A stretch of 64,000 bases of DNA, from NCBI GenBank assembly GCA_037447605.1, contig CM074808.1:2356001-2420000 (forward strand), in the 5' to 3' direction. This DNA is from Zygnema circumcarinatum SAG 698-1b. Lineage: Eukaryota; Plantae; Zygnematophyceae. Position 1 is the stretch's first letter. Each line of letters opens with the position of its first letter. The position numbers and the translations under genes were made by a program. The notes under the pieces were generated by a model. The model was not told where the DNA came from and ran no database searches. It saw nothing but the letters and a program-made list of their open reading frames with translations. Shown here in pieces: positions 53,660 to 64,000 of this stretch.

Positions 53660-54621
53660 AGGCAGCCGAGACAGGGCGGGGCAGGCGCTGGAGATATTGG
53701 GAGGGACAAATGCAACGGTTTTGCTAAAGTGGGTGAAGTCTTCTTCACCCGGTAGATGCCGCAAGGCCTGGGCACGTGGGACTGGGAATAACGCAGCTAA
53801 TAAGAGGATTGTGCTACAAGTCATTGCACAAGCACTCTAGAAGTAGAAAAGGAAAAAGCAGAGAGGACCGATCGTACATTCATTTTTTTGCGCAAGCAAA
53901 TGCATTCTTTTATTATTTCATTGTCGAGGTCTAGGTTTCAGTTTAGCGATTTTTTTTTCTGTGTATATTAAACCGTGTTTGTAGTTCCATAAGTTCTCTT
54001 TAGGAAGCCCTTAACGTTTTGTTGAGATCGGTGGGTTTGAGAGCTGGATTAGAATTTTCAGGAACGCGTGTGAGTTGCCGCAAGGCCCCAAGTTCGTAGT
54101 GAGCGCTAGTTGACCAGACCGGTCAAATAGGACGGCTGTGAACTCTGCTGTCAACTGGGAGCTTTTTTAAGCGTACAGATATATTTTACGAGATCTCCCA
54201 GGTAGCGGCTGCAATCACCATAGTCTTAAAAAAGCACACTGTTTTACATAACGAACCAAAGAAAAATACAGAAAAATGTTCCTCTCTTGGTCAACCAGTC
54301 GCCCACGCTTCACTTCTGCATCGCATGTCAGGGTCGAAACTTGATTGAGAAAAAAAAAAAAAACCCGGTGTACTTGTTTGACCCGAATCACGGAAAGCCG
54401 GGCTGTTTTTGGCTCGGGTCTTGACATTTCCCAAGGTAAAACGAGTGAAAACCTTCCATGTTTTCACAGTGCAAGTCAATAGCATTACCACGCCACTCTA
54501 GCACCATACATCAGTACGAGCACGTGTCAAGATACGTCTCAGTTAAGCCGTCCGCCCATCAGTACACTGAGGCTATATGTCAAATGCCATCGTGGACTGA
54601 CTGCCGCACGGAAGCAGCACA

Positions 54622-57600
54622 TCAGCTCTGATACGCAGTCACACGCGGGGCGTTGAGAGTCGCGGGGAGACGGCGGAAGCAGAGGAAGGTGAGCAGCGTG
54701 CCGAGGGCCGCCGCCAGCCATGCTCCAAACTGATGCAGGGGAAACTCCGCCCGGGTGGACATCGACCAGAGGAGGCCCCCAACGGCTGGGGCCACACCTC
54801 GGCAGAAGAAGGTGGTGCTCTGACCCAGCCCTGTCACCGTCCCCAAAGTCTCGGGTGTCGCCGCATTGCAGCTGAGGACCATGATGGATGTGAAGACAGT
54901 CGTTAGGATGATGCCCTTTGCCAGCGTGCAGAAAACAAGGAGAGTCCACTCAAGGAGGGGCAGATGTACGAGTAAGGAGGTGATGGGGATGATCAGAAAT
55001 AGAATTGTGAAGGCAAAGGTAGCCCATTGCGCGCATTTGAGGACTCCCAGCCGCCGTGCGACGAGTGGATACAGAAGTAAAGTATAGACAATTGTTGTGA
55101 GACCACCCAGGCCAAGTAGAATGCCCAACGACGACGAGTCCAACTGCAAGCCGCCCACGGATTTTGGGGCAGCTGCAAATATTGGGAAAAGCTCCTCTGC
55201 AATACGCAACAGAATGCGGACAGCGTTAATGATAGTCGACAGTCATCTTTGTTGACAATGGACTAAGCGCAAAGTAGCTCCGTAACCAAGTTTCGTTGCT
55301 TTTTGTTCTTGCCATACTGTGTTTTAAAAGGCAAAGCAGAATTTACATCCCACAAAACACAATTTCCAAGTTCAACGCGACCCTTCGTACTGAGACACGT
55401 ACCTCCCATACTAAAGACAAAGCCAAAGAGGCCGTAGAGTAACGTCACCAGCTGGACCACTCGGTCTTGCAGGACCTCCCAAATACCCTTCAGTCCCTTT
55501 CTCAACCAATCTGAACGATTAGAGGCAGGCTTCGCGCTCCCAAATGGGTTCCTTTCATCAAATTCCCCGTCGTCATCATCGTCTATGGAGTATTTGGGCC
55601 TAATAATTTGCACTTTCCCAATACCCTCCTCGATCCAATGCTTCTCCACCACAGGAAACTCAGTATATCCCTTTCCAATCGACTGGTAGTCATTGATTCC
55701 ATCCATTTCAACTTCATCCGTTGAGGCTACTTGAGAATAAGTCGCTTGTACTTCGGAACTGGTTTCAGAAAGTAGACACGAGCAAAAGACACCCACGGCA
55801 GAGATTACTGCAGACGCTGCCAAGGGAGGAAAGAAAGGATAGTCTTTGAGAAAGGCAGGGCATTCTTGGAAAATGTGATGCCGACAGGGGTCTGCCAGGA
55901 AACCTCCAAGGAGGGATCCAATTACCGCGCCAACGCCCCAACTCACACTAAGAACAGCAAAGCCCTTTGAGATGTTCGTTCTGCATCGCCACCCAAAAGC
56001 AATCGCCAGCCTCGTCAACACTCCCAAGTTTATGCCTAAATCTTCAATCATCCCGAGTGTAGCCTCAGTGTAGATGTTCCTTTCGACTCGAACAGCGAAA
56101 GAATAACCGAGTCCTTGCAGGACTCAAATCACATTCAAACCCATCACATGCTCTACTACGTGTGTGCTACATCCTCCCACAAACCGCCAAACGCTCACAC
56201 CCCCTCTTTATCCAACACATTGCCCAGCCCCCAGGCGGGTTGGAGGGCAAGACCTGTCGCATGCCCCTGCGAGCATGGCCTTGGTGACGAGCAGAGTGCA
56301 GTTGAGGAGGCCCGCGAGCAGGCGCACAGCGCAGGCCGCCCAGAAGGTGCCGCAGAGGCCGAGGAGGACGGACGTCACGCCTGTCACCACATTGCCAAAT
56401 ATCATCCAGATCTGCCCAGAGGACGGACCCACATCAGATTTGACCTTCCCTCAGGAACACATCTCATCCAGTAAGGAATTCTTTTCGTTTTTTCTTTTTT
56501 TTTTTTTTAATAAGAATGTAAGAATCGTTGGCTTGCCGTGTCTTGGCGTTCAGCGGATTTCTTAAGAATTCTCTGGGAGGCCACTATCCTTTGTGGACTA
56601 CGCCCAGGTCCAACATCTCTGACTGATCAACTTTTGAAAAAACGTGCTTTGTACGAAACAACGTCCTCCAGCAGAAATTGGCAACGTTTGAAACGTTATC
56701 GCCGACGGACGCTCTCATTCCGCGAGAGAGGAGTCATGCATTGAACCGGAGAGCCGGAGAGTTTCCCAAATGTGATTTGAAAATGCATGAAAAATTCGTG
56801 GCATCATTTAGCTGGTGGAGCTTCCCTTCACTCTGCGTTCTTCACTCTTCTCTTCCCTCCCTCCCTCCCTCCCTCCCTCCCTCCCTCCACAAAAGGACAA
56901 AGCGTGTGCGCTAACCTTGCGGCCCGTGGCGTCGGACACAACCCCCCACGCGAAGGATGTGCAGAACTGCCCCAACGGGTACAGGCCGGCCTGGCCAGGG
57001 GCACACCTCACGCATACGTCAGCAAGAAGCAGACCGCATACGTCAGCAAACCCAAGCCGACCGAGTTCAACTCCCAGGACTGTTGGAATGAGCGAAGGAA
57101 AGGGCTTCAGGCACAGCTGAACAGAAAGTGGAGTTCAGGGGGAGTTTAACAGCTGGTAAAGTGACAGTACCAAGATTCCTGCATAACGGCCGATTTCTTT
57201 TGGATCTGTGATTCCATAATATGGAATAAGGAACACCAACTGCACCACAAGCATTTGGAGACAACATAAAGTAAAAGGGGGCGCACATGAAATGCGGCGA
57301 CTGAATTAGCTTGACAACAGCCATAGTGTTCACAGGGAGCTGAAAGAAAGGACAGGAGACTGAAATGACAGCTGAGCCTCGAAAAAGGTGAGTTAATCAA
57401 TAAAACAAAATTTCACACATTCACACTTCCCTAAGATTGCCCTTACGGAAAAATTAGCATGTGATGATATTCCTTCGTTATGGAAGGAAAGAGATACCAT
57501 CGTAACATGTTTGGAAGCAGCAATGGAAGCGTATCATCTTAGACAGCTGCTTCTTATTTGACATTACGATGGATCCCTTCAAGATAGCAACGGTAAGCCT

Positions 57601-58493
57601 AAAATATACGCACAATAGGGTGAAGAATAGTCAATTGCACTGCCTGCCCTGTATGCGCAATGCTGCATCCATGCGCAGAAAAGCAAAGGTGAAGCTCAGC
57701 CGCAAACTTCTGAGCTGTAGGTGAGCTGTAGGTTCACTGAATGACAGGACTTAGAGCCAGGACTGCAAAGAAAGTGCAGCAAGCAGCACAATGCCGACTT
57801 CCTGGGTTGCGAAGTTGCCTGCTTACGCAAGAAGAGTGAGCTCCCGCCTGCAATCCCAACATTCACCACTTAGTGAGCGCACGGTAGCGGCATAGGGGAT
57901 GGCGCCTAAGGAAAAAAGAAAAAAATACGAGAAAGAAATAAGTGAGACAGCAGCTCGGCGATCACAAACTTCAGGTGAATTCCAAGAGTCTCCGGCGTGA
58001 ATGAGAAGATGAAAAATAAGCAGAGGAAACGAAGCAAGAAACACACGTGAAGGAACGGAAGCACGAGAACAAGGAGCAGCCAAGGGTATCGCTGAGAGCG
58101 CAGAATAAGGCGTACAAAGGAGGGTAAGGAGGCGCAGAGATAAGGAAAATGGCGAAGAGAACCATTAAGGAGAAAGGAATAAAAACATAGGACGAAAGAG
58201 GAGAAAATCACAATAAATGCCGGGACCAACCGATCGTATACGGCGAATTAAGTTTCAAAATTTCCACTTTCACTAATTGCTGCAAAATGCCGTCCCAACC
58301 AGTTTTTACAAAAGTAAACGCCAGCAATGCACTTACAGGGGCAGTGGAGTACTCTTCTCCGTTCGGCTGTCTGTTTCCATTCCTCCCTGCTGCTCCTCCT
58401 CCGACCCCCCACTCGTCCACAAGTCACAGGCGAGCCCGTACGCCTCCTGCAGCCATGGCATGGCGAGGAGCAGGCCTCTCTCCTTGCAGCCAT
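54622..58493 (-). CDS. MFS transporter, ZIFL/ZIF1-like (12-TM type), multi-exon
   Basis: N-terminal SPCHGC, IGRYAGIL, MFS motif A WGVVSDATGRK, RLLAGLLNCTLLVTKAMLAG, WGVGAVIGSLLGGFLADP...YPFFPP, GTVTGLGQSTTFFCRGVAPAVGG. Confidence 0.88.
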
Positions 58494-58549
58494 GGACGCC
58501 GCACGTGCGAGCAGTTCGCTGTCGAACAGTTCCGTAAGCTGTCGCAGTC

Positions 58550-58701
58550 CGTGCCGTACAACCTCGGGATCCACTTTCGGTCATGTCTCTGCCGTGCTAT
58601 TTTGGACTCACCTATATCGATACGATATAATACAATACAATACGATACGGTACAATGTTACCAGGCCACAAGCGACAAGCCCTAATGACCGTACGGTACG
58701 G
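58550..58701. promoter_or_regulatory. Bidirectional promoter (ZIFL-like/orphan) with CCGTAC motifs and (ATACR)n pentamers
   Basis: CCGTAC at ~58554, ATACAATACAATACGATACGGTAC at ~58627-58654, CCGTACGGTACGG at 58689-58701. Confidence 0.5.
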
Positions 58702-58993
58702 CTTTCTGCAGCCGCTTCTGATTGGCTGAGCCTCTCTGGCCGTGTGACGGCCTCTCGGGCCAACAGTTACTCGCCGCGTGGCATCTGCCGCCGTGGCAAA
58801 CCGCGCGCACGTCTCCACGTGGCGGGTACGTGCGCGGCCAGGTGTTGTCGCACCTGTGGCTGGACACGCAGGCGAATCTGTCTGGGAGGCAGCGCGGGAG
58901 AGGGAGAGGGAGGGGCGGCCATGGCGGGGGGGGAGTAGCTGCTGACCAAGGGGGGGAGGAGGATACAGGGGAAGGTTTGGGCTGCTCTTGGCC

Positions 58994-59584
58994 ATGTCGA
59001 TGGTACGGGCGTTCAACAAGTCTCTCACTACGGTGCTGGAGACATGGCTGGTGGTCGCCTTTGCGCCAGGCATCATGTTTGTCTGCGGAGCAGTTGCAAT
59101 CGCAGGGCTGCTGATACCCGACTCATGGATGGACGAGCGCGCACATGAGCGGATAAACGGTTACCTCAGACGAGGAGATGTGAGTGCACGTGGGAAGCTT
59201 AGCGATGATGGGTCGCGGGAGGCTGAGGAGAGTGGGGGCCACACTCAAGCGGCTGGTCAGTCCGAGTCTGCAGACAGAGGTAGTCTGGTGGAGGCGTCTG
59301 TGGTGCCGCCGTCAGTGGATTCTTCTCAGGGAGGAAATGAGGCTGGGAAGACGCTTACGGTTGAGAAAATCAAGGAATCTGCGGAGATGCATGTTTGCCC
59401 ATGGTGTGGTTCAAAGTATGGAAGGGATAAAGGATGCGAGTGTGGAGCGATTCCGCCGCAAGAAAGTTTGCCTCTGAAGACGCCCAATAAGAGTGAACAG
59501 CCAGCTTCAGGAGGTGGGAGCCTTTTCACAATGCTTTATTTTGTTGACAATTCTCGAGGCGTCGGTACTGTGGAAACGCATTAA
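58994..59584 (+). CDS. Hypothetical membrane protein with an N-terminal hydrophobic helix and a CPWC-x9-CEC motif; may splice on to 60638 (see findings)
   Basis: Open frame of ~196 aa from the ATG at 58994, downstream of a GC/GTAC-rich promoter; hydrophobic segment WLVVAFAPGIMFVCGAVAIAGLLIP. No family recognised. Confidence 0.55.
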   Translation: MSMVRAFNKSLTTVLETWLVVAFAPGIMFVCGAVAIAGLLIPDSWMDERAHERINGYLRRGDVSARGKLSDDGSREAEESGGHTQAAGQSESADRGSLVEASVVPPSVDSSQGGNEAGKTLTVEKIKESAEMHVCPWCGSKYGRDKGCECGAIPPQESLPLKTPNKSEQPASGGGSLFTMLYFVDNSRGVGTVETH

Positions 59585-61242
59585 TCAGAAACCATAAGTT
59601 GTACCAAAAACCGTATTTCTGTAGAAAAAAATGGTATTCAAATTTCCGTGCACTTTCCATTTGAGCTTTGAGCGGACATTTCATGTTTTGTTACTTTTTC
59701 AATGGAAGCTAGTTCAATATTCGAGGCCTTCTTTTTCCATGTTACTATTTTTATTTTCCAATTCAAGATTTTCCTGACAGCTTTGATGTGGACGGAGGCA
59801 CCTACTGATGTAATTCTCGCCTGTCCAAATTGAGAAGTAGGAGACCTGGTCGTACATGAAGGAATAGAACGGTTTAACTTTTTTATGCCGCTGATGGCTG
59901 TTCTACTGTTTTGCATGGTTATATCCTGCGTTGTTTGACCTACCGAACGAATTTTTAGTCTGTCGCAAAACCCTCCTGGCGGACATTTTTGAGTTTCTCA
60001 GATCGAAACAATTGTAATGTGTGTGAAGATTGATGTCGATCCTTGTAGCATCGTCTTAAATTTTTGAGGCGTGGGCTCTCCGTTACAAATTTCATTCTTT
60101 CAGTTCTGCTAGATACTAATGCAGTTTTCCTCTTGGCTTGTTTGTCTACAGGGAATGAGGAGAAGAACAGGTTCCTTCGCTTCTTTGATATGTTTGGTGC
60201 CAATTTCAAACGGGGATGAATTGTGAAAGATCGCAAAGACGAAGCTAAAGTGCACGTGATATTTCAGAGAAAGTGAGATCCAGAAGTAAGTTCGAGAACC
60301 AGTTTGGGCTCTGACGCGTCTGTACTCTACTGTCAAAACATAGCAGCCACTTATTTGTGTAAATGAAGCAGGGTATGTTGGTCAGGGTATGGCCTTGATA
60401 CTGAGTTGGAGGTCGTTTGTATCATATGCTGAACCCTTGTCATCTCGGCAGTTTGGCTAATTTGCAAACAAAGGTTTGCAGTTCCCGTGTCTCAAGGAAG
60501 TCCTGTCAGTAGGAGTCTTGCAGACAATGTATGATTTGCCATGGTCCTCCATTGGCCGTGAATGGGGATCTCAAGGAACTTTCTGGAACTGGCGGGTCAG
60601 TTTACGTTATTGAAGCACCGACAAGGAGTATTCTGTAAAGCGCAGTCTCATTTGTGCGGTCGAACGGGAGGCGTTAACCCTGTGGTAGAGCCTCTGCCGT
60701 GTATCGTGGCAAGCAACCAGCAGCCTTCCCTTGCTAATCCCTCTGCCTGTTGTACTCACTCTCACAGAGGGGCTAAATAAAGCAACTTTCACATACATCA
60801 CAGCCATGAAACCTCCCAAACAGCTTTCCTCGAAATATTCGCATGGAACAGAGCATTTAGCATAGTCCGCTACAGACGTTTTACCAGCAAAAACGACAGA
60901 CGGTATATTCAGACAATCCACGGTTGAACTTTGGAGTGAAATCCACTTGCTGCGTTCTGGTGCGTATGTTACAGCCAAGAAACATCTGCCCCTCTCCTTA
61001 AGACGGGGGACAGACAAGAAGCTTGCAACCTTTGACTCAAGCCCTTCCAGCAGTTTTCAGGGCGTTAGTGGCGAAATCACCCGGAACTGCAGGAAGGCCA
61101 CTCATGCGAAGCAGAGACTTTCCAGAAATGTGGCCAAAAAGCAGCTTGTTTGAAAAAAACCTCTTCGAAGACACCATTGTCATCTGCGTAAGGAAAGGAA
61201 TCATTTGCACACGGCGCTCTTGAATTAAGCACCAACCCCTGC

Positions 61243-62231
61243 CTATTTTGAAACAATGTTCTTCGCATGGGGCTGAACTATTGGCTTCGCCTTTGCAGCA
61301 CCGGCCACGACTGCCACCTGGGAATCCTGCACCCACCAGTCTATTACCTCTGAAGGCTGGACTACATGCTTGCATGCTTTGCTGTGGGGCTCTATCAGTC
61401 CCTGCCACCTGTTGAATCGGGCTATGTCCGTATCTACGTCTACTCCTCCGGACCTCGGAACCTCACTTCTATGTATCTGAAGAGCGGTGACTTTTCGGGG
61501 ATCAACGGCATACTTCCGATAGCCATAGTAATCCAAACACATCTGCCATCTCGGGAATTCGTCTTTGTTTACACAATAGATATCTGGCCAATGGTAAACC
61601 ATTCTCTCCACAGCCCACAAATCCTCCCCTGGGAGGCATTTCTCCAAAGACCACCATTGGCTCCCGAATGAGACATAGGGTTGCCCGCCATGACCATCCA
61701 GAACCGTTGACAGACTTGCTCCTGACTCTGAATTGAAGTATTCATTGAAGTCCATAAATACGTTCCATTTTGCAGTGAATCGTGAGCGGTACGCGCAGTC
61801 ATTCAACAGCATGACCATGCCAAAAGCCCATGAGTTGTAGTTGCCTATTTTCCGCGTCTCGACCACCTCCAGCATGCCCTTCTGGGAATACGCCTCTAAC
61901 AAAGCCATGGCTTCTTCATCAATCCCTCCCGCATCATACATAAAGAAGTAATTGACGCCTTGATGCACGTGGTACTCCATCCATTCACGAAGTCTCGTTA
62001 CATCAACACCAGTGGCTATGGGTGGGGAGCAGTAAGCCACATTATACTTGAAAGGGGGCTTTGGCTCTGCGCTGGGAAATGTCCCTGAGTCTTCCACATA
62101 TACCAGTATATCCTCCCCGTCAATGTTCATTGTCAGTTCGCCCCCAAGATCATGCTCTGTACTCTCCTCGAGAGTGCAAACAATTACAATTGACTCATAT
62201 TTCAGATTATGGTGCTCTCCCGGGTAGAATG
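61243..62231 (-). CDS. Glycosyltransferase family 92 (GALS galactan-synthase-like), last coding exon; 5' exons unresolved
   Basis: KYNVAYCSPP...RLREWMEYH...YDAGG...LNDCAYRSRFTAKW..DFNEY...RKYAVDPRKV..IH follows the plant GALS catalytic domain. TTGGCAG acceptor at 62232. Confidence 0.82.
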
Positions 62232-64000
62232 CTGCCAAGCAAAAGAAAAAGAAAACACCAGTCTGAAAACCAGGTCAGACGTTCCAGTGGACAGTGAATA
62301 AAACATGCTAGAAATGTCATTAGCTGAGACCATCAAAATCCCAATATAAAGTAACCACGTGTTCAGATGAGAACTATTTTGCAGTGAAAAACATTCAAAC
62401 AGCACAGAAAAGGCCACTGCAACTGCACAACTTCAAGAATCTGAAAAACAATCCTTTAACAAGTACAATCTGGTCCAAGTTGACTGATGATGGAAGGATT
62501 TTAAATTCCAAAATGGCAGACTCAATCTCCGTGAAAGACTACAGTTGAAAATGACGAAAACCATCCGCCTCTCATAACAGCAGATGATGCTGGACGCTTC
62601 ACCACTCCTTCGATCATACCACTGCTGTGCATCTAACTTCAATCGAATCAATAAGCAGCAAGGAACTACTGACAGATAACAATCGTTACAATCGTTGCTC
62701 GTAATTGTTGAGTTCTTAGACAAGCACCTACTGGAAATAGCGATTTTCAACACCAATTTGAAAGCTTTGAAAAATCTCGTTCAACTTATTCATGTCCGGT
62801 TCCTGGAGGTAGTTCTACAACCATGTCACGAACCTCTGAATGCCTATTACCATTCCTGTGAACCAACTTGCCTGGCTGCTGTCCCAGATTCAAACATAGA
62901 CTGAGCATACAAAGACAGCAGCTTCCGATCCTCAAAGCCGATGCTCAAACACCTATCAAATCAGTATCCCCAAACTCAAAATCTTGAAACAAAGAAACTC
63001 GCACAATTGCTGTCTGCTTCTGAAAGAAGCCCAGCAAAATTCCAACGTGACCATGACCACATCTGAATAATCGGCACAGCACAACTTGCACTCCGGCAAT
63101 ACCAGACATCTTGACGCTGGCCCAGTGTAACCAACACAACATGGACGTGTTCAGGCTTTCCTTACATTGCTTCTACAAGCCACAGAGAAAGGCTTGAACA
63201 CCTAGATTCAGAATTTTCTCACTCCACATGAAACCATTCATTCACTTTACATGCGCCTTAAACAATTGACATCTCCGCCAATGAGTAGTGTCAATTTCTA
63301 CAGTAGTCACACCTTATAATCCATCATAGAGGGAGAAAAATCAGATCAACATTACAGAACCAAAATGAGTTACGCAAGCTAGCTAGATGTAAAGCCACTA
63401 ATCAACGCAATGAGCTGCCCCAGAACAAGATACCTCGCACATGTAGGAGTGAGCTTTTCCTCATGTCCTCTAAAGGCAGGATAAGGGATATTTTTCTGCC
63501 AGCGTCATTAGATAAAGGAAGGTCGTTATTGCATTTTCCATCAGAACTGGTAGCTATTGACTTCAACCACACGATATCAGCTATAACTTAACCGACAGGT
63601 ACTGAGGAAAGCCCCTCTTGTTATCAATAATGCACCACACTTCAGACATTTGGCCCGGAAGGTTGTCCAAAGATCTTTTGGCTATGTTCGAATCTGGGCG
63701 AAGACATGAAGGGAAACCGGATTATTGCCCGTATTGGAATCAGTCATCCACTTGGACAACCCAATGTGGCCCACATCCTAAAAGACTGGGGCTAGTGCCG
63801 AATAAGTATACAACGAACAATGATTCAATTCTCTAACCACTAAATAACTTGTTTAAAACTTAAGAAAAGACAAAACAAAGATCCTAACGGGAAAGAAGAG
63901 AAAATTATCTCAGCTACGTATACTTCTTCAGTCAAAAATAATTGCCTGAAAGATTGGTCAATTACCTGGCAGTTTTCAGACCATTTAAACACTCCTGTAA

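Noticed and set aside
60155-60960. SECIS-like RTGA...GA candidates downstream of the orphan gene
   Set aside because: Helix II is at most 6 bp or pairs through the GA core, and there is no helix I or apical AA geometry.
60607-61017. 136-aa minus-strand ORF
   Set aside because: No recognisable motif or clear splice context; probably the UTR of the GT92 gene.

Overview
Eukaryotic, intron-containing, gene-dense DNA with plant-type genes, most plausibly from a streptophyte alga (inference). The plant-type genes argue for the green lineage, while a UGA-Sec selenoprotein argues against a land plant. From 5' to 3': the 5' end of a possible SPO11-1-like gene (-); a ~9.1 kb PIF/Harbinger DNA transposon with 18-bp TIRs, an intact DDE transposase, a disabled ORF2 whose intron is a giant (TA)/(CT) microsatellite, and a nested ~470-bp TRIM with tRNA-like LTRs; a Tic32-like SDR (+); a Raf-like kinase (-); GMP synthase (+); a TMEM115/rhomboid-like-19-type membrane protein (+); a 4-exon selenoprotein K (-) with an in-frame UGA (…GGS-U-GR*) and a well-formed SECIS, invisible in the ORF track; a degenerate Ty3/Gypsy LTR element; a YlmH/Sll1252-like S4-domain protein (+); SF3B3 (+); an RWP-RK factor (+); a ZIFL-like MFS transporter (-); an orphan membrane/Cys-motif gene (+) with a second candidate in-frame TGA; and the 3' exon of a GT92/GALS-like protein (-) with altered metal-binding motifs. 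Most promoters carry GTAC/CCGTAC motifs, often in dense clusters. There are two 10-N gaps (9720-9729, 36263-36272), and some TE segments look like unpolished long-read sequence. All gene models were spliced by eye, with no searches run.
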